Assembly: GCA_045536015.1 (NCBI GenBank)
Contig: JAZSMS010000058.1
Coordinates: forward strand, 1 to 37,612
Direction: 5' to 3'
DNA: 37,612 nucleotides
Origin: Clostridia bacterium
GTDB lineage: Bacteria; Bacillota; Clostridia; Christensenellales; QALW01
Shown in pieces: positions 9,070 through 18,594 of the stretch. The number at the start of each line of letters is the position of its first letter. Position 1 is the first letter of the stretch. The notes under the pieces were generated by a model. That model saw only the letters and a list, made by a program, of their open reading frames with translations. It searched no databases and was not told the DNA's origin. The translations under genes were made by a program, and so were the position numbers.

Positions 9070-12000
9070 ATGCTTAATCTGTATAAATTAGGGGATGCGC
9101 CAGAATACAGAAATTTAGCCAAAAATATCCGGGATGGGGTAAACCCTATCTCGGTTTTCGGCGTTTCGGATTCGGCAAAAGCGCACTTTGCGGCAAGCTT
9201 GGCAGAGGACAGACCTATTTTGTTTGTTACGCAGGGCTTTTTACGTGCAGAAAAAATTAAAAATGATATCGAGTTTTTTGCTTCAGAAAAGGTGGTAGTT
9301 TTTCCCGAGCGCGACTTTTTAATGCAGGCGCAGATGCAAAGCGGACCTATCCAGCAAAAGCGGATAGAGGCGCTTGACAAAATATTAAACGGCGCACGCA
9401 TAGTTATTGCTCCAATCGAGGCAGTATTGTTTAACATTATGCCGCCCGAGGCGCTTGAGGAGTTAAAAATAACGCTTAAAGTAGGCGAAACTGTGCAAAT
9501 GCGCACGCTTTGCCAAAAGCTTGTTACTAATGGGTATAGCTCTGCTGAGCAATTAGAAGGTCAGGGACAGTTCTTTTTGCACGGCGGAATAATAGACATT
9601 TTTCCTTTTGGCAGCGAAAATAGTGTTCGCGTTGATTTTTTTGATGATGAAATCGAAAGCATAAGGCTTGTTGATCCCGTTTCGCAACGCACGCAGGAGC
9701 GAATAGATAAAATAGAAATTCTTCCCTCGAGAGAAACCTGCGCCAATGCACAAAAACTTGCTTCGGCGGGTGAGCTTTTATCAAAAGAGCTTGTTTTATT
9801 TAATAAGGGCAATAAAAATTCTGCGGCGGTAGAGGAGGCAACAAATACCTTTGCTCTCGCCGCACAAACGCTTTGCGAGGGTGGATATCCATCTATCTGC
9901 GATCAGCTTATGGCTTACGTTTACCCCGAATACACCTGTTTGCTTGACTATATGCCTGCAAATACGCTTGTGTTTTTTGATGAGGTTAAGGTTCAGGCAG
10001 AGCGCGGTCAGAATTTAGAGGTAGAATTTAACAAAAATATAACCGATCTTCTTGCTCTTGGCAAGGTTTTATCCCGTCATAGCCTTGTTTTTACGGGCTT
10101 TGACCGTTTTTGGAAAAAAGCGCTTTCACGGCAGGTGGTTTCGCTTCAAACAATTTCGGGCACGCTTCCGTTTAACGATGCAAAGGCAATTTTCAGGATA
10201 GATTCGCGCCCGATGCAAGCGTTTCACGGCAAGCCTGAGTTTTTACTTCAGGAGGTTAAGCTTTATCAGGCGGCAGATTATAAAATAGTTTTGTGCGCGC
10301 AGACTAAAGCCAGATACGAAAGATTAGAAAAAGAATTTACTTCGGCAGGCATAAGCGTTATACCGCTTAAGCACGGCGTTGTGGGAATAGAAAACGGTCA
10401 AATAGCGCTTATAAACGGCACTTGTGTTAAGGGCTTTGATTATCCGCAATTTAAGCTTGCAATTATTGCCGAAAACGATATTTTTCAAAGCACGCGTTTA
10501 AGCTCTAACGCAAAAACAAGTAAAAAAAGCTCGATGGATACGTTTGTTCAGCTTTCTATCGGTGATGCGGTAGTTCACGAAACAAACGGTATAGGTATTT
10601 ATCAGGGTATTGTTAAGATAGAAACCGACAAGGTAAAGCGTGACTATTTGTTTATTAAATACCGCGATGACGATAAGCTCTACGTTCCCGTCGAGCAGAT
10701 GCACCGCGTACAAAAATATATTGCACCTGATTCTGCTCCGCCAAAGCTCAATAAGCTTGGCTCAAGCGAGTGGGTTAAAACGAAAACGCGCGTTAAAAAA
10801 GCTATTGCCGATATGGCGGATAAGCTTATAGAAATTTATAAAAAGCGCGAGCTTGCGCGCGGCATACAGTTTTTGCCGGACACTCCCTGGCAGAGAGAGC
10901 TAGAAGACGATTTTCCGTTTGAAGAAACTGACGACCAATTAAAATGCATTAAAGAAATAAAAGAGGATATGGAGTCAGGCAAGGCGATGGACCGCTTGCT
11001 TTGTGGCGACGTTGGCTACGGCAAAACTGAGGTTGCACTTCGTGCCGCGTTTAAAGCTGTTATGAGCGGCTATCAGGTTGCAGTTTTAGCGCCTACTACA
11101 ATATTGGCACAACAGCATTTTAATACCTTCTGCTCACGAATGAGCAATTTTTCTGCCGTAAGAATTGAAGTTTTAAGCCGCTTTAAGACGGCAAAGGAAC
11201 AAAAAAAGACGCTTGAAGCGCTTAAAGAGGGCAGGGTAGACATTTTAATAGGAACGCATCGCTTGCTTGCAAAGGATGTAGAATATAAAAATCTTGGGCT
11301 CTTGATAGTTGACGAAGAACAGCGCTTTGGTGTTGCACATAAAGAAAAAATCAAGGGATTAAAGGCTAATATCGACGTGCTTACGCTTTCGGCAACGCCT
11401 ATTCCGCGTACGCTTAATATGGCACTTTCGGGAATACGCGATATGAGTGTTTTAGAAACTCCGCCTGCCGAGCGCTATCCCGTACAGACGTACGTTGTAG
11501 AATATTCCGATTCGCTTGTGCGTGATGCTATTATGCGCGAGCTTGCGCGCGGTGGACAGGTGTATTATCTTTATAATCGCGTGCAGGATATTGACTTGTT
11601 TGCACTTAAACTGCAAAAGCTTGTTCCGCAGGCGAGAATTGCTATCGGCCACGGACAGATGGACGAAAAACAGCTTGAAAAAGTTATGCTTGACTTCTGC
11701 AACGGAGATTTTGACGTGCTTTTATGCACAACGATAATAGAAAACGGCGTTGATATTCCGGGCGCAAATACGCTTATAGTGCAAAATGCTGATAGATTTG
11801 GGCTTTCACAACTTTATCAGCTGCGCGGACGCGTTGGCAGAAGTAACCGCAGTGCTTTTGCTTATTTTACAACACCTCCTGCAAGGTCGCTTAGCGAAGA
11901 CGCGCACAAGCGACTGATGGCAATAGAAGAATTTACGCAGATGGGTTCGGGCTTTAAAATTGCAATGCGTGATCTCGAAATTCGCGGTGCGGGCAATCTT

Positions 12001-12546
12001 TTGGGCGGTGAGCAGCACGGGCATATGTCTAAAATAGGTTACGACCTTTATTGTAAAATGATAAAGGAAACCGTTGACGAAAATCTTGGAAAAGCCAAAA
12101 AAGAAAGATTGCAGACCTCTATTGAACTTAAAATGGATGCGTATATCAGCGAAGAGTATATTCCAAGCGAATCTGTGCGCTTTGCTTTCTACCGCAAAAT
12201 ATCCGAGATAGTAAGCAAGGACGAATATTTTGATATATGTGAAGAAATGAAAGACCGCTTTGGCAAGCTTCCGCTTTGTACCGAATCGCTTTTAAAAATT
12301 GCGTATATCAGGGCAATGATGTCAGATATAGGCGTAAGTGTTTTAAAAGAAGCCCAAGGAAACGTAATTTTAAATTTTGTTGACCCAACTTTAGAAAAAA
12401 TGATGGCGGCGGTAAGCGAGTTTGAGGGCTTTGCATATTTAAACGCAGGCAGGGTGTTATCGCTTACGCTTAACGTTTCACAATTTAAGCAAAGCGAAAA
12501 GCTTGACAAAATAATAGAGTTTGCAGAATTCTTTTTAACTCTTTAA
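9070..12546 (+). CDS. mfd: Transcription-repair coupling factor
   Basis: UvrB-like N-terminus, CarD-like RID (GDAVVHETNGIG), MDRLLCGDVGYGKTEVA, DEEQRFGV, SATPIPRTL, QLRGRVGR, C-terminal TRCF domain. Confidence 0.97.
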   Translation: MLNLYKLGDAPEYRNLAKNIRDGVNPISVFGVSDSAKAHFAASLAEDRPILFVTQGFLRAEKIKNDIEFFASEKVVVFPERDFLMQAQMQSGPIQQKRIEALDKILNGARIVIAPIEAVLFNIMPPEALEELKITLKVGETVQMRTLCQKLVTNGYSSAEQLEGQGQFFLHGGIIDIFPFGSENSVRVDFFDDEIESIRLVDPVSQRTQERIDKIEILPSRETCANAQKLASAGELLSKELVLFNKGNKNSAAVEEATNTFALAAQTLCEGGYPSICDQLMAYVYPEYTCLLDYMPANTLVFFDEVKVQAERGQNLEVEFNKNITDLLALGKVLSRHSLVFTGFDRFWKKALSRQVVSLQTISGTLPFNDAKAIFRIDSRPMQAFHGKPEFLLQEVKLYQAADYKIVLCAQTKARYERLEKEFTSAGISVIPLKHGVVGIENGQIALINGTCVKGFDYPQFKLAIIAENDIFQSTRLSSNAKTSKKSSMDTFVQLSIGDAVVHETNGIGIYQGIVKIETDKVKRDYLFIKYRDDDKLYVPVEQMHRVQKYIAPDSAPPKLNKLGSSEWVKTKTRVKKAIADMADKLIEIYKKRELARGIQFLPDTPWQRELEDDFPFEETDDQLKCIKEIKEDMESGKAMDRLLCGDVGYGKTEVALRAAFKAVMSGYQVAVLAPTTILAQQHFNTFCSRMSNFSAVRIEVLSRFKTAKEQKKTLEALKEGRVDILIGTHRLLAKDVEYKNLGLLIVDEEQRFGVAHKEKIKGLKANIDVLTLSATPIPRTLNMALSGIRDMSVLETPPAERYPVQTYVVEYSDSLVRDAIMRELARGGQVYYLYNRVQDIDLFALKLQKLVPQARIAIGHGQMDEKQLEKVMLDFCNGDFDVLLCTTIIENGVDIPGANTLIVQNADRFGLSQLYQLRGRVGRSNRSAFAYFTTPPARSLSEDAHKRLMAIEEFTQMGSGFKIAMRDLEIRGAGNLLGGEQHGHMSKIGYDLYCKMIKETVDENLGKAKKERLQTSIELKMDAYISEEYIPSESVRFAFYRKISEIVSKDEYFDICEEMKDRFGKLPLCTESLLKIAYIRAMMSDIGVSVLKEAQGNVILNFVDPTLEKMMAAVSEFEGFAYLNAGRVLSLTLNVSQFKQSEKLDKIIEFAEFFLTL

Positions 12547-12580
12547 GCGGTGAAAAAATAATGAAAATGTAAAAAAATGC

Positions 12581-12609
12581 TTGATATTAACAGTATTTTC
12601 TTATATAAT
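12581..12609 (+). promoter_or_regulatory. SigA promoter for the PrsA-like gene
   Basis: TTGATA, 17 bp spacer, TATAAT. Confidence 0.65.
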
Positions 12610-12638
12610 AGATGTAACTGTATAATTGGAGGTTTTTT

Positions 12639-13994
12639 ATGAAAAAGTTTTTAGCGGCAGCCTTGGCGGCAGTAGTTGCCCTTTCGGTTTTTGCAGGCTG
12701 CAACCTTACACAGACAAATGACGATAACACCGTTATTGCTGTTGTAAACGGTGTAAATATTTTAAAGAAAAAATATAACGAAATGTATGACTATTATCTT
12801 GAGTCGTACCTTAATTACGGCTATGAGCAGGCAGATGCAGTAGCCGCACTTGAAAGCTATAAGCAAGAATTTTTAGATCAGCTTGTGCAGGAAGAACTTC
12901 TTCGTCAGCGTGCAGAGGCAGAGGGATATCTTGATTATACCGAAGAAGATATCGCTGCAGCTAAAAAGATAGTTGATGAGGATAAGCAGGCTTATATCGA
13001 CAGTCTTGTTGAAACCTATACCAAAAACTTTGAAGGTCAAGAGGTAAAGGGTAAAAACGAGGGCGAAACCGATAAAGAGTATTTTGCACGCATTGCAGAA
13101 GAAAAATATTATAAAGATCTTAAAACAAACGGATACACTTATCAGGAGTTTGTTGACGAGCAGCTTTTAGCTACTGCGCTTGAAAAATACCGTGACGATA
13201 ATCTTGTTGGTGTAACTGTAACCGAGGCAGAAATAATAGAAAAGTACGGCACAATGTATGACGAACAGCTTGAAGCACTTTCTACCGACAAAAAGTATGT
13301 TGAAGCTTATAACAACGGCACGTATTCAACGCTTGTTTACAACCGCGCAGGCTATTCGCTTGTTCAGCACATTTTAGTTAAGTTTGACGATGATACTGCA
13401 AAAGAGCTCTCTACTCTTTATACAGACCTTACCGAGCTTAAGGATGACCTTGATACCTTAAAGGGTCTTATGGAAAGCGAAACCGACGCTGACGAAAAGG
13501 CAAAGTATCAGGCAACTATTGACGAAACAAACGGTAAAATTACCGAAGCTCAAAAGAAGTATGACGATGCCTTAGCAAAGGCAAAAACAAGCATTCAAGG
13601 AAAGACCGATGAGATTTATAACTCGGTTAAGGATGCTGATGAGGCTGCATTTATCGCAAAGATAGTAGAAAAGTCAGAAGATACCGGTATGCAAACTGAG
13701 GATGCCGCAAAGAAGGGCTATCTTGTAGGTCCCGAAGACGGTATGGTAGAAGAATTCTCGCTTGCAGCACGCGCTCTTAAAGCAGGTGAAGTTAGCGAGC
13801 CTGTTGCAACATACTACGGATTCCATATTATCCGCTGCATCAAGACTATTGCAGAGGGCAAGGTTGCCTATGATGATGCAAAGGCTGATATCGAAAAGGC
13901 TTTGCTTGAGACTGAAAAGGATACCCAGTGGCAAGCAATGGTTGACGCTTGGGAAGAAGAAGCAAACGTTAAAAAATATATTAAGAGAATTTAA
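12639..13994 (+). CDS. PrsA/SurA-like parvulin peptidyl-prolyl isomerase lipoprotein
   Basis: Signal peptide with lipobox FAG-C, IAVVNG SurA-N-like start, HILVK, SED, MVEEF, GEVSEPVATYYGFHII. Follows mfd as in Clostridia. Confidence 0.85.
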   Translation: MKKFLAAALAAVVALSVFAGCNLTQTNDDNTVIAVVNGVNILKKKYNEMYDYYLESYLNYGYEQADAVAALESYKQEFLDQLVQEELLRQRAEAEGYLDYTEEDIAAAKKIVDEDKQAYIDSLVETYTKNFEGQEVKGKNEGETDKEYFARIAEEKYYKDLKTNGYTYQEFVDEQLLATALEKYRDDNLVGVTVTEAEIIEKYGTMYDEQLEALSTDKKYVEAYNNGTYSTLVYNRAGYSLVQHILVKFDDDTAKELSTLYTDLTELKDDLDTLKGLMESETDADEKAKYQATIDETNGKITEAQKKYDDALAKAKTSIQGKTDEIYNSVKDADEAAFIAKIVEKSEDTGMQTEDAAKKGYLVGPEDGMVEEFSLAARALKAGEVSEPVATYYGFHIIRCIKTIAEGKVAYDDAKADIEKALLETEKDTQWQAMVDAWEEEANVKKYIKRI

Positions 13995-14001
13995 ATAAGC
14001 A

Positions 14002-14033
14002 AAACCCCCGAAATTTCGGGGGTTTATTTTTTT
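14002..14033 (+). terminator. Rho-independent terminator
   Basis: AAACCCCCGAA/TTCGGGGGTTT inverted repeat followed by a T-run. Confidence 0.85.
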
Positions 14034-14331
14034 AGGCTTTTACTTTTTATTGCTTTTATATGGTAAAATGTTAAAATGCAGGTATAAAAAAGTAAAAATG
14101 ATTTCTGCACTTGGAAAATGATTTATTGATAATTTTGTTTGCAAAAATAAAATTATTATAAACGTTATTATTGCAAGCTTACCCAAGCAAAAAACAAAGG
14201 TTGCACAGTGGGACGCATATAGAGCAGATTAATTTGCTTGATAAGGAAACGCACGTTATAATAGAGCATTTGCAAACTGAGGAAAAATATTTTAGGGCGA
14301 TAAAGCATGTTGTGCAGTTAACAAAACAACT

Positions 14332-14360
14332 AAAAAAGCACCTTTTTAAAGGTGCTTTTT
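14332..14360 (-). terminator. Terminator (potentially bidirectional) downstream of the LtaS-like gene
   Basis: AAAAAGCACCT...AGGTGCTTTTT inverted repeat with A/T tracts on both sides. Confidence 0.75.
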
Positions 14361-14381
14361 ATTAATTAAGCGTTTTCTATT

Positions 14382-16145
14382 TTACGAAAGAGTCTTTTTA
14401 GCTTCGTCGTAGCGAATCTTTGAAACGGCACGCTCGGAATAGTTTATATCCCAATATTTGCCTGTGGGCTTCCAGTTGGTCTCTATACGTGCGTCGCCTT
14501 TGATTGAGTATTCGCGAAGAGCAATTTCACCGTCAATATCAGAGTAGAAGGAGGAGAAGTAGTAAAACCTTTCTCTGTCCTCGTCTTCGGGTATATCAAA
14601 AATACGTCTGCCGTATTTTTCACCGTTCGCGCCGAGGCCGTCAAGTGCGGTTGCAAACAAATCGTCATGACAAACGGGTGCTTCTGACGTTTTAACGGGT
14701 GTTCCAAATGAATTTGCAGGCTTAACAAGCATTATTGAGGTCGGCGCGCCTGCAACGTCAATGGTGCCGAATTTTGAGGCAGACGAGCCGTGGTCAGCGG
14801 TAATTATTATGGTTGATTGCTCGTAAACGCCAAGACGCTTCATTTCCTGAATATATTCTTCTATAATACGCATACATCCGCGCATTGCCGAAGGATAATC
14901 GTTAAGCAATACGCCCATGTGTGCATTTTCGTCAAGAATACAACCCGAATGTGTTCCCCAGAAATGATAAAATCTAAATGCTTTTTCATAATCGGTATCG
15001 ATCGTAAGTCCGTTTTCACGAAGATGTTTTGCATAGGCAATATCGTTTTCGGCAATACCTACTTGTGCGTTGTTTACAACCTGCTCGTTAATTTCATTAG
15101 AAGAATATTCAAAAAAGTCTTTAAACAAGTAGGGCATATTGCGGTAAAGCGAAATTTTTAACATCTTTTTTATAAGATAAAACGGTTTAACGGCAGTTAT
15201 ACTTGAACTGTCATACTTTTTAAAATTGTCAACAACGCCTTCTACCGAAGCGTCAACGTACGAACTGCTTGTGTAAATTCTGGTATCTGCGCCCGTTGCT
15301 TTAATTTCTTCTAAAAATGTGCTCTTCTGATGCGCAGATGCAACGTACTGGGTGTAAGGAACGTCAAAATAGCACATTTCCTTTGTTAAAAGGTAAGGTA
15401 CTGACGGATACGTACGGCTGTGATAGGAAACTGAATTGGGATAGTAGGTAAAGCCGTCAAGCGCATCAAATAAATCGGGATATTTTTTAAGTGCGTCGTT
15501 TACTACCGAGCTATCACAGGTGTCGATAATAAAGTAGATAACGTTTTCGTTTTTCGAAAGCGAAAATTCGCCTTCAAGCGCAAGATAGTTGTCCTTGCCC
15601 AAGTTGCTTTTAGGTGCCGAAATATAGCCTGCAACAGTGCTTGTAAGCTGAATTACAATAAGGGCACCTGCAAACCACGAAAGTCCCTTACGGTAAGGCT
15701 TTGTCTTTTTTTTGCGTTGTGCAATAAAAAAGCCAACGTAAAAAGCAGCAATAATCAAAAGCCATATTAAAGCGTTTGTTATAAGCAACCAAACGGGATA
15801 ATTTGATTCGTCACCCGTTAACGATTGCATATGTCCGTTTAAAAGAAGCGACTGAATAAACATTGCAAAGGCAATGGCAATTAAGCCTACGTTTGTAAGC
15901 TGAAGAACTTTTTTAGGTAAAAGTGCCTCAATAAGCGAAATTATTGCAGTAAGTGCAAGAGAGAATAAAAACAAGCATATAATTACGTTGTGCAGGGCAA
16001 ATTCAAACTCGATAATATTGCCTAAAAATATTTCAAGCGGCGAAAAAAAGAATACGGTAAAGCAGAATAGTGTCGCAACCGGAAGCAGAGTTAAAATGCG
16101 CTTAAAGTATTTTTTAGGAGAAAGCTTTTTATTTTCTTGTTGCAT
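14382..16145 (-). CDS. Membrane-anchored alkaline-phosphatase/sulfatase-superfamily enzyme (LtaS / phosphoglycerol-transferase-like)
   Basis: About 5 N-terminal TM helices, then NVIYFIIDT (metal Asp), SRTYPS (putative Thr nucleophile), HFWGTH, STIIITADHG. GAGG RBS. Confidence 0.75.
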   Translation of the reverse strand: MQQENKKLSPKKYFKRILTLLPVATLFCFTVFFFSPLEIFLGNIIEFEFALHNVIICLFLFSLALTAIISLIEALLPKKVLQLTNVGLIAIAFAMFIQSLLLNGHMQSLTGDESNYPVWLLITNALIWLLIIAAFYVGFFIAQRKKKTKPYRKGLSWFAGALIVIQLTSTVAGYISAPKSNLGKDNYLALEGEFSLSKNENVIYFIIDTCDSSVVNDALKKYPDLFDALDGFTYYPNSVSYHSRTYPSVPYLLTKEMCYFDVPYTQYVASAHQKSTFLEEIKATGADTRIYTSSSYVDASVEGVVDNFKKYDSSSITAVKPFYLIKKMLKISLYRNMPYLFKDFFEYSSNEINEQVVNNAQVGIAENDIAYAKHLRENGLTIDTDYEKAFRFYHFWGTHSGCILDENAHMGVLLNDYPSAMRGCMRIIEEYIQEMKRLGVYEQSTIIITADHGSSASKFGTIDVAGAPTSIMLVKPANSFGTPVKTSEAPVCHDDLFATALDGLGANGEKYGRRIFDIPEDEDRERFYYFSSFYSDIDGEIALREYSIKGDARIETNWKPTGKYWDINYSERAVSKIRYDEAKKTLS

Positions 16146-16191
16146 AATATAAACCTCTTAAGAAGTAAAATTTTAGTATAAATACTATATA

Positions 16192-16220
16192 AGTATATCA
16201 TTTACATAAAATATTGTCAA
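16192..16220 (-). promoter_or_regulatory. SigA promoter for the LtaS-like gene
   Basis: Minus strand TTGACA, 17 bp spacer, TATACT with an extended TG. Confidence 0.7.
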
Positions 16221-16251
16221 TAAACGCGCTTGACATAAAATATGTTTTTTG

Positions 16252-16280
16252 TAGACAAAATATATAAAATGTGATAAAAT
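16252..16280 (+). promoter_or_regulatory. SigA promoter for the YidC fusion
   Basis: TAGACA, 17 bp spacer, TAAAAT with an extended TG (TGATAAAAT). Confidence 0.6.
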
Positions 16281-16315
16281 TCTTATGTTAAAAAATTTTG
16301 ATTGAAGGCGAAAAA

Positions 16316-18382
16316 ATGGATGCATTAACAGGTTGGATAGCTCTGCCGCTGGGTTACGTAATGCAGTGGTGCTATTCGTTTATAAACAATTACGGTGTTG
16401 CCATAGTTTTATTTACGTTTTTATCAAAGATAATTCTTTTACCGTTATCTATTTGGATACAAAAGAATTCTATTATAATGGTAAAGATGCAACCCGAAAT
16501 TAACAGAATTAAGGCTCGTTTTTTTGGCGACGCCGATGCTATTGCAGAAGAAGAATCAAAGCTTTACAAAAAGAATAAGTACAGTCCCTTAGCTACGCTT
16601 GTTCCGCTTGTTGTGCAGATAATTCTATTGCTTGGCGTTGTTGCGGTAATCTATAATCCCATGCAGTATCTTTTCCATATCGACTCGGGCATTATTGAGG
16701 CGATCTGTGCGCGCGCAAGCGAGCTTTCGGGCATTGCAATAGAAGATTCGTCAATACAGCTTACTGCAATAGAGCTTATTAAGAGCTCGCCCGAGCAATT
16801 TGCAACGGTTTGCGATGCTTCGATAATCGAAAGATTGCAAAGCTTTGATTTGATGTTTTTAGGCTTTAATCTTTCGGATAATCCCAGCGTAGAGCTCGGA
16901 TTAACGCTTCTCGTTCCCGTTATTGCAGGTGGCTCGGCATTGCTTTTATGTATAGCGCAAAATGCTTCAAACGTGCTTCAGGCAGAACAGGGCAAGTTAA
17001 ACAAGTGGTCAACAACGCTATTTTCGGTTGGACTTTCGCTTTATTTAGGCTTCTTTGTTCCTGCGGGAATAGCACTTTACTGGATAGCAAGCAACGCTTT
17101 TGCAATAGTTCAGCTCTATGCGTTAAACGTGGCTATTCCGCCCAAAAAGTTTGTTGATTACGAGGCGCTTGAAGAAAGCCGTAAGGAGCTTAAGGCTTTG
17201 CAAGAGCTTGGCGGCAAAAAGAAGATGTTTGAGCGCGACGAAAATGCAAAGCGTGAAAAGGCAGACTATAAGCGCTTTTTCTCAATAAACAACAAGCATC
17301 TTGTTTTTTATTCGGAGCGTAGCGGGTTTTATAAGTATTATAAAGAAATTATCGAATATCTTTTAAAAAAGACGTCCGTTCGTATCCACTATATAACCAA
17401 CGATCCTAACGACGTTATTTTTGAGCTTGCAAAGGAAAACGAAAAGATTCTTCCTTACTATATCTCGGTTAAAAAGATGGTAACGCTTATGATGAAGCTT
17501 GAGGCGGATATCGTAGTTATGACCACGCCTGACCTTGATAACTTTTATCTTAAGCGTTCGCTTATGAAAAAGGATATAGAATATATCTTTGTTCCGCACG
17601 ATCCTTCAAGTATTCATATGGGCTTCAGAGAACATTCACTTGATAACTTTGATACCGTTTTTGCAACGGGCAAGCACGTTTTAGAAGAAGTTAGAGCAAG
17701 CGAAAAGGTTTATGGAACCAAAGAGAAGACTGTTGTTGAATTTGGTTATCCTTTAATTGAAGAGCTTATTGAATCTTGCGAAAATATGCCCAAGGAAGAG
17801 CGCGAGCAAAAGCAGATTTTAATTGCGCCCTCGTGGCAGGAAGATAACTTGCTTGACAGCTGTATTGACGATATGATAAATTCGCTTTATGATGCAGGTT
17901 ATAAGGTTATCGTTCGTCCGCACCCTGAATACGTAAAGCGTTTTTCGCCAAAGCTTACACAGCTTCAAGAACGCTTTAAAGATAAAGAGGGCGAAAATTT
18001 AATTTTTGAATTTGATTTTTCTTCAAACGTTTCGGTTTATTCTTCCGACTTGCTTGTAACCGACTGGTCGGGAATTGGTATTGAGTTTGGATTTGCAACG
18101 CTTAAGCCCGTAATTTTTGTTAATACTAAAATTAAGATGGAAAACGAAAACTACCAGAATATCGGTATAGAACCGCAGGAAATACGCTTGCGCAATGTTT
18201 TAGGTAAGGCAATAGAAAAGACCGAGGTTAAAAATATTGCCAAAATAGCAAACGAAATGTTGACATCAAGCTCACATTGTGATATGGTTAAAAAGGAAAG
18301 AGAAGAATATTTCTACTCGCTTGGCACTCGCGGTGTTAACGGAGCCAAGTATATAATCAAAAAATTAGTAAAAAATAAGTGA
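16316..18382 (+). CDS. YidC/Oxa1 membrane insertase fused to a C-terminal CDP-glycerol glycerophosphotransferase (TagB/TagF-like) domain
   Basis: N-half: NYGVAIVLFTFLSKIILLPL, MQPEINRIK, PLVVQ, FLGFNLS, PAGIALYWIASN. C-half: FVPHD, FGYP, ILIAPSW, RPHP, SDLLVTDWSGIGIEF...KPVIF. ATG 16316 is preferred over TTG 16298. Confidence 0.85.
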   Translation: MDALTGWIALPLGYVMQWCYSFINNYGVAIVLFTFLSKIILLPLSIWIQKNSIIMVKMQPEINRIKARFFGDADAIAEEESKLYKKNKYSPLATLVPLVVQIILLLGVVAVIYNPMQYLFHIDSGIIEAICARASELSGIAIEDSSIQLTAIELIKSSPEQFATVCDASIIERLQSFDLMFLGFNLSDNPSVELGLTLLVPVIAGGSALLLCIAQNASNVLQAEQGKLNKWSTTLFSVGLSLYLGFFVPAGIALYWIASNAFAIVQLYALNVAIPPKKFVDYEALEESRKELKALQELGGKKKMFERDENAKREKADYKRFFSINNKHLVFYSERSGFYKYYKEIIEYLLKKTSVRIHYITNDPNDVIFELAKENEKILPYYISVKKMVTLMMKLEADIVVMTTPDLDNFYLKRSLMKKDIEYIFVPHDPSSIHMGFREHSLDNFDTVFATGKHVLEEVRASEKVYGTKEKTVVEFGYPLIEELIESCENMPKEEREQKQILIAPSWQEDNLLDSCIDDMINSLYDAGYKVIVRPHPEYVKRFSPKLTQLQERFKDKEGENLIFEFDFSSNVSVYSSDLLVTDWSGIGIEFGFATLKPVIFVNTKIKMENENYQNIGIEPQEIRLRNVLGKAIEKTEVKNIAKIANEMLTSSSHCDMVKKEREEYFYSLGTRGVNGAKYIIKKLVKNK

Positions 18383-18393
18383 GGTAATTTAAA

Positions 18394-18588
18394 ATGATTC
18401 AAGCACTTTATATTGATCCGGCAGCTACAACCATATTGGTAACCGCAGGTACAAGTGTTGTTATTGCAGTTGCGGCGACATTTACTATTGCTTGGCGTAA
18501 GGCAAAGAAAAAGCTTAACATTGAAGATATGTCTAAAAAAGAAAGCGAAGCAGAAGTTGAGCTTGTAGACGAAGACGACGATATTTAA
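18394..18588 (+). CDS. Small single-pass membrane protein (YIDP motif, basic stop-transfer, acidic tail)
   Basis: GAGGT RBS, 11 bp after the yidC-fusion stop and directly before the terminator. YIDP, ~24 apolar residues, WRKAKKK, then ...EVELVDEDDDI. Confidence 0.8.
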   Translation: MIQALYIDPAATTILVTAGTSVVIAVAATFTIAWRKAKKKLNIEDMSKKESEAEVELVDEDDDI

Positions 18589-18594
18589 TCAAAT

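Noticed and set aside
8952-9506. 184-aa antisense ORF, and the many other 60-170 aa ORFs nested in or antisense to long genes
   Set aside because: Shadow frames of well-supported genes, with no motifs or RBS.
14171-14365. 64-aa ORF starting at TTG
   Set aside because: No RBS, no recognisable motif, and it runs through the terminator hairpin.
18394-18588. TatA assignment or true MifM orthology for the small peptide
   Set aside because: It lacks the TatA FG hinge and no tatC is nearby; it lies downstream rather than upstream of yidC, so only an architectural analogy is kept.
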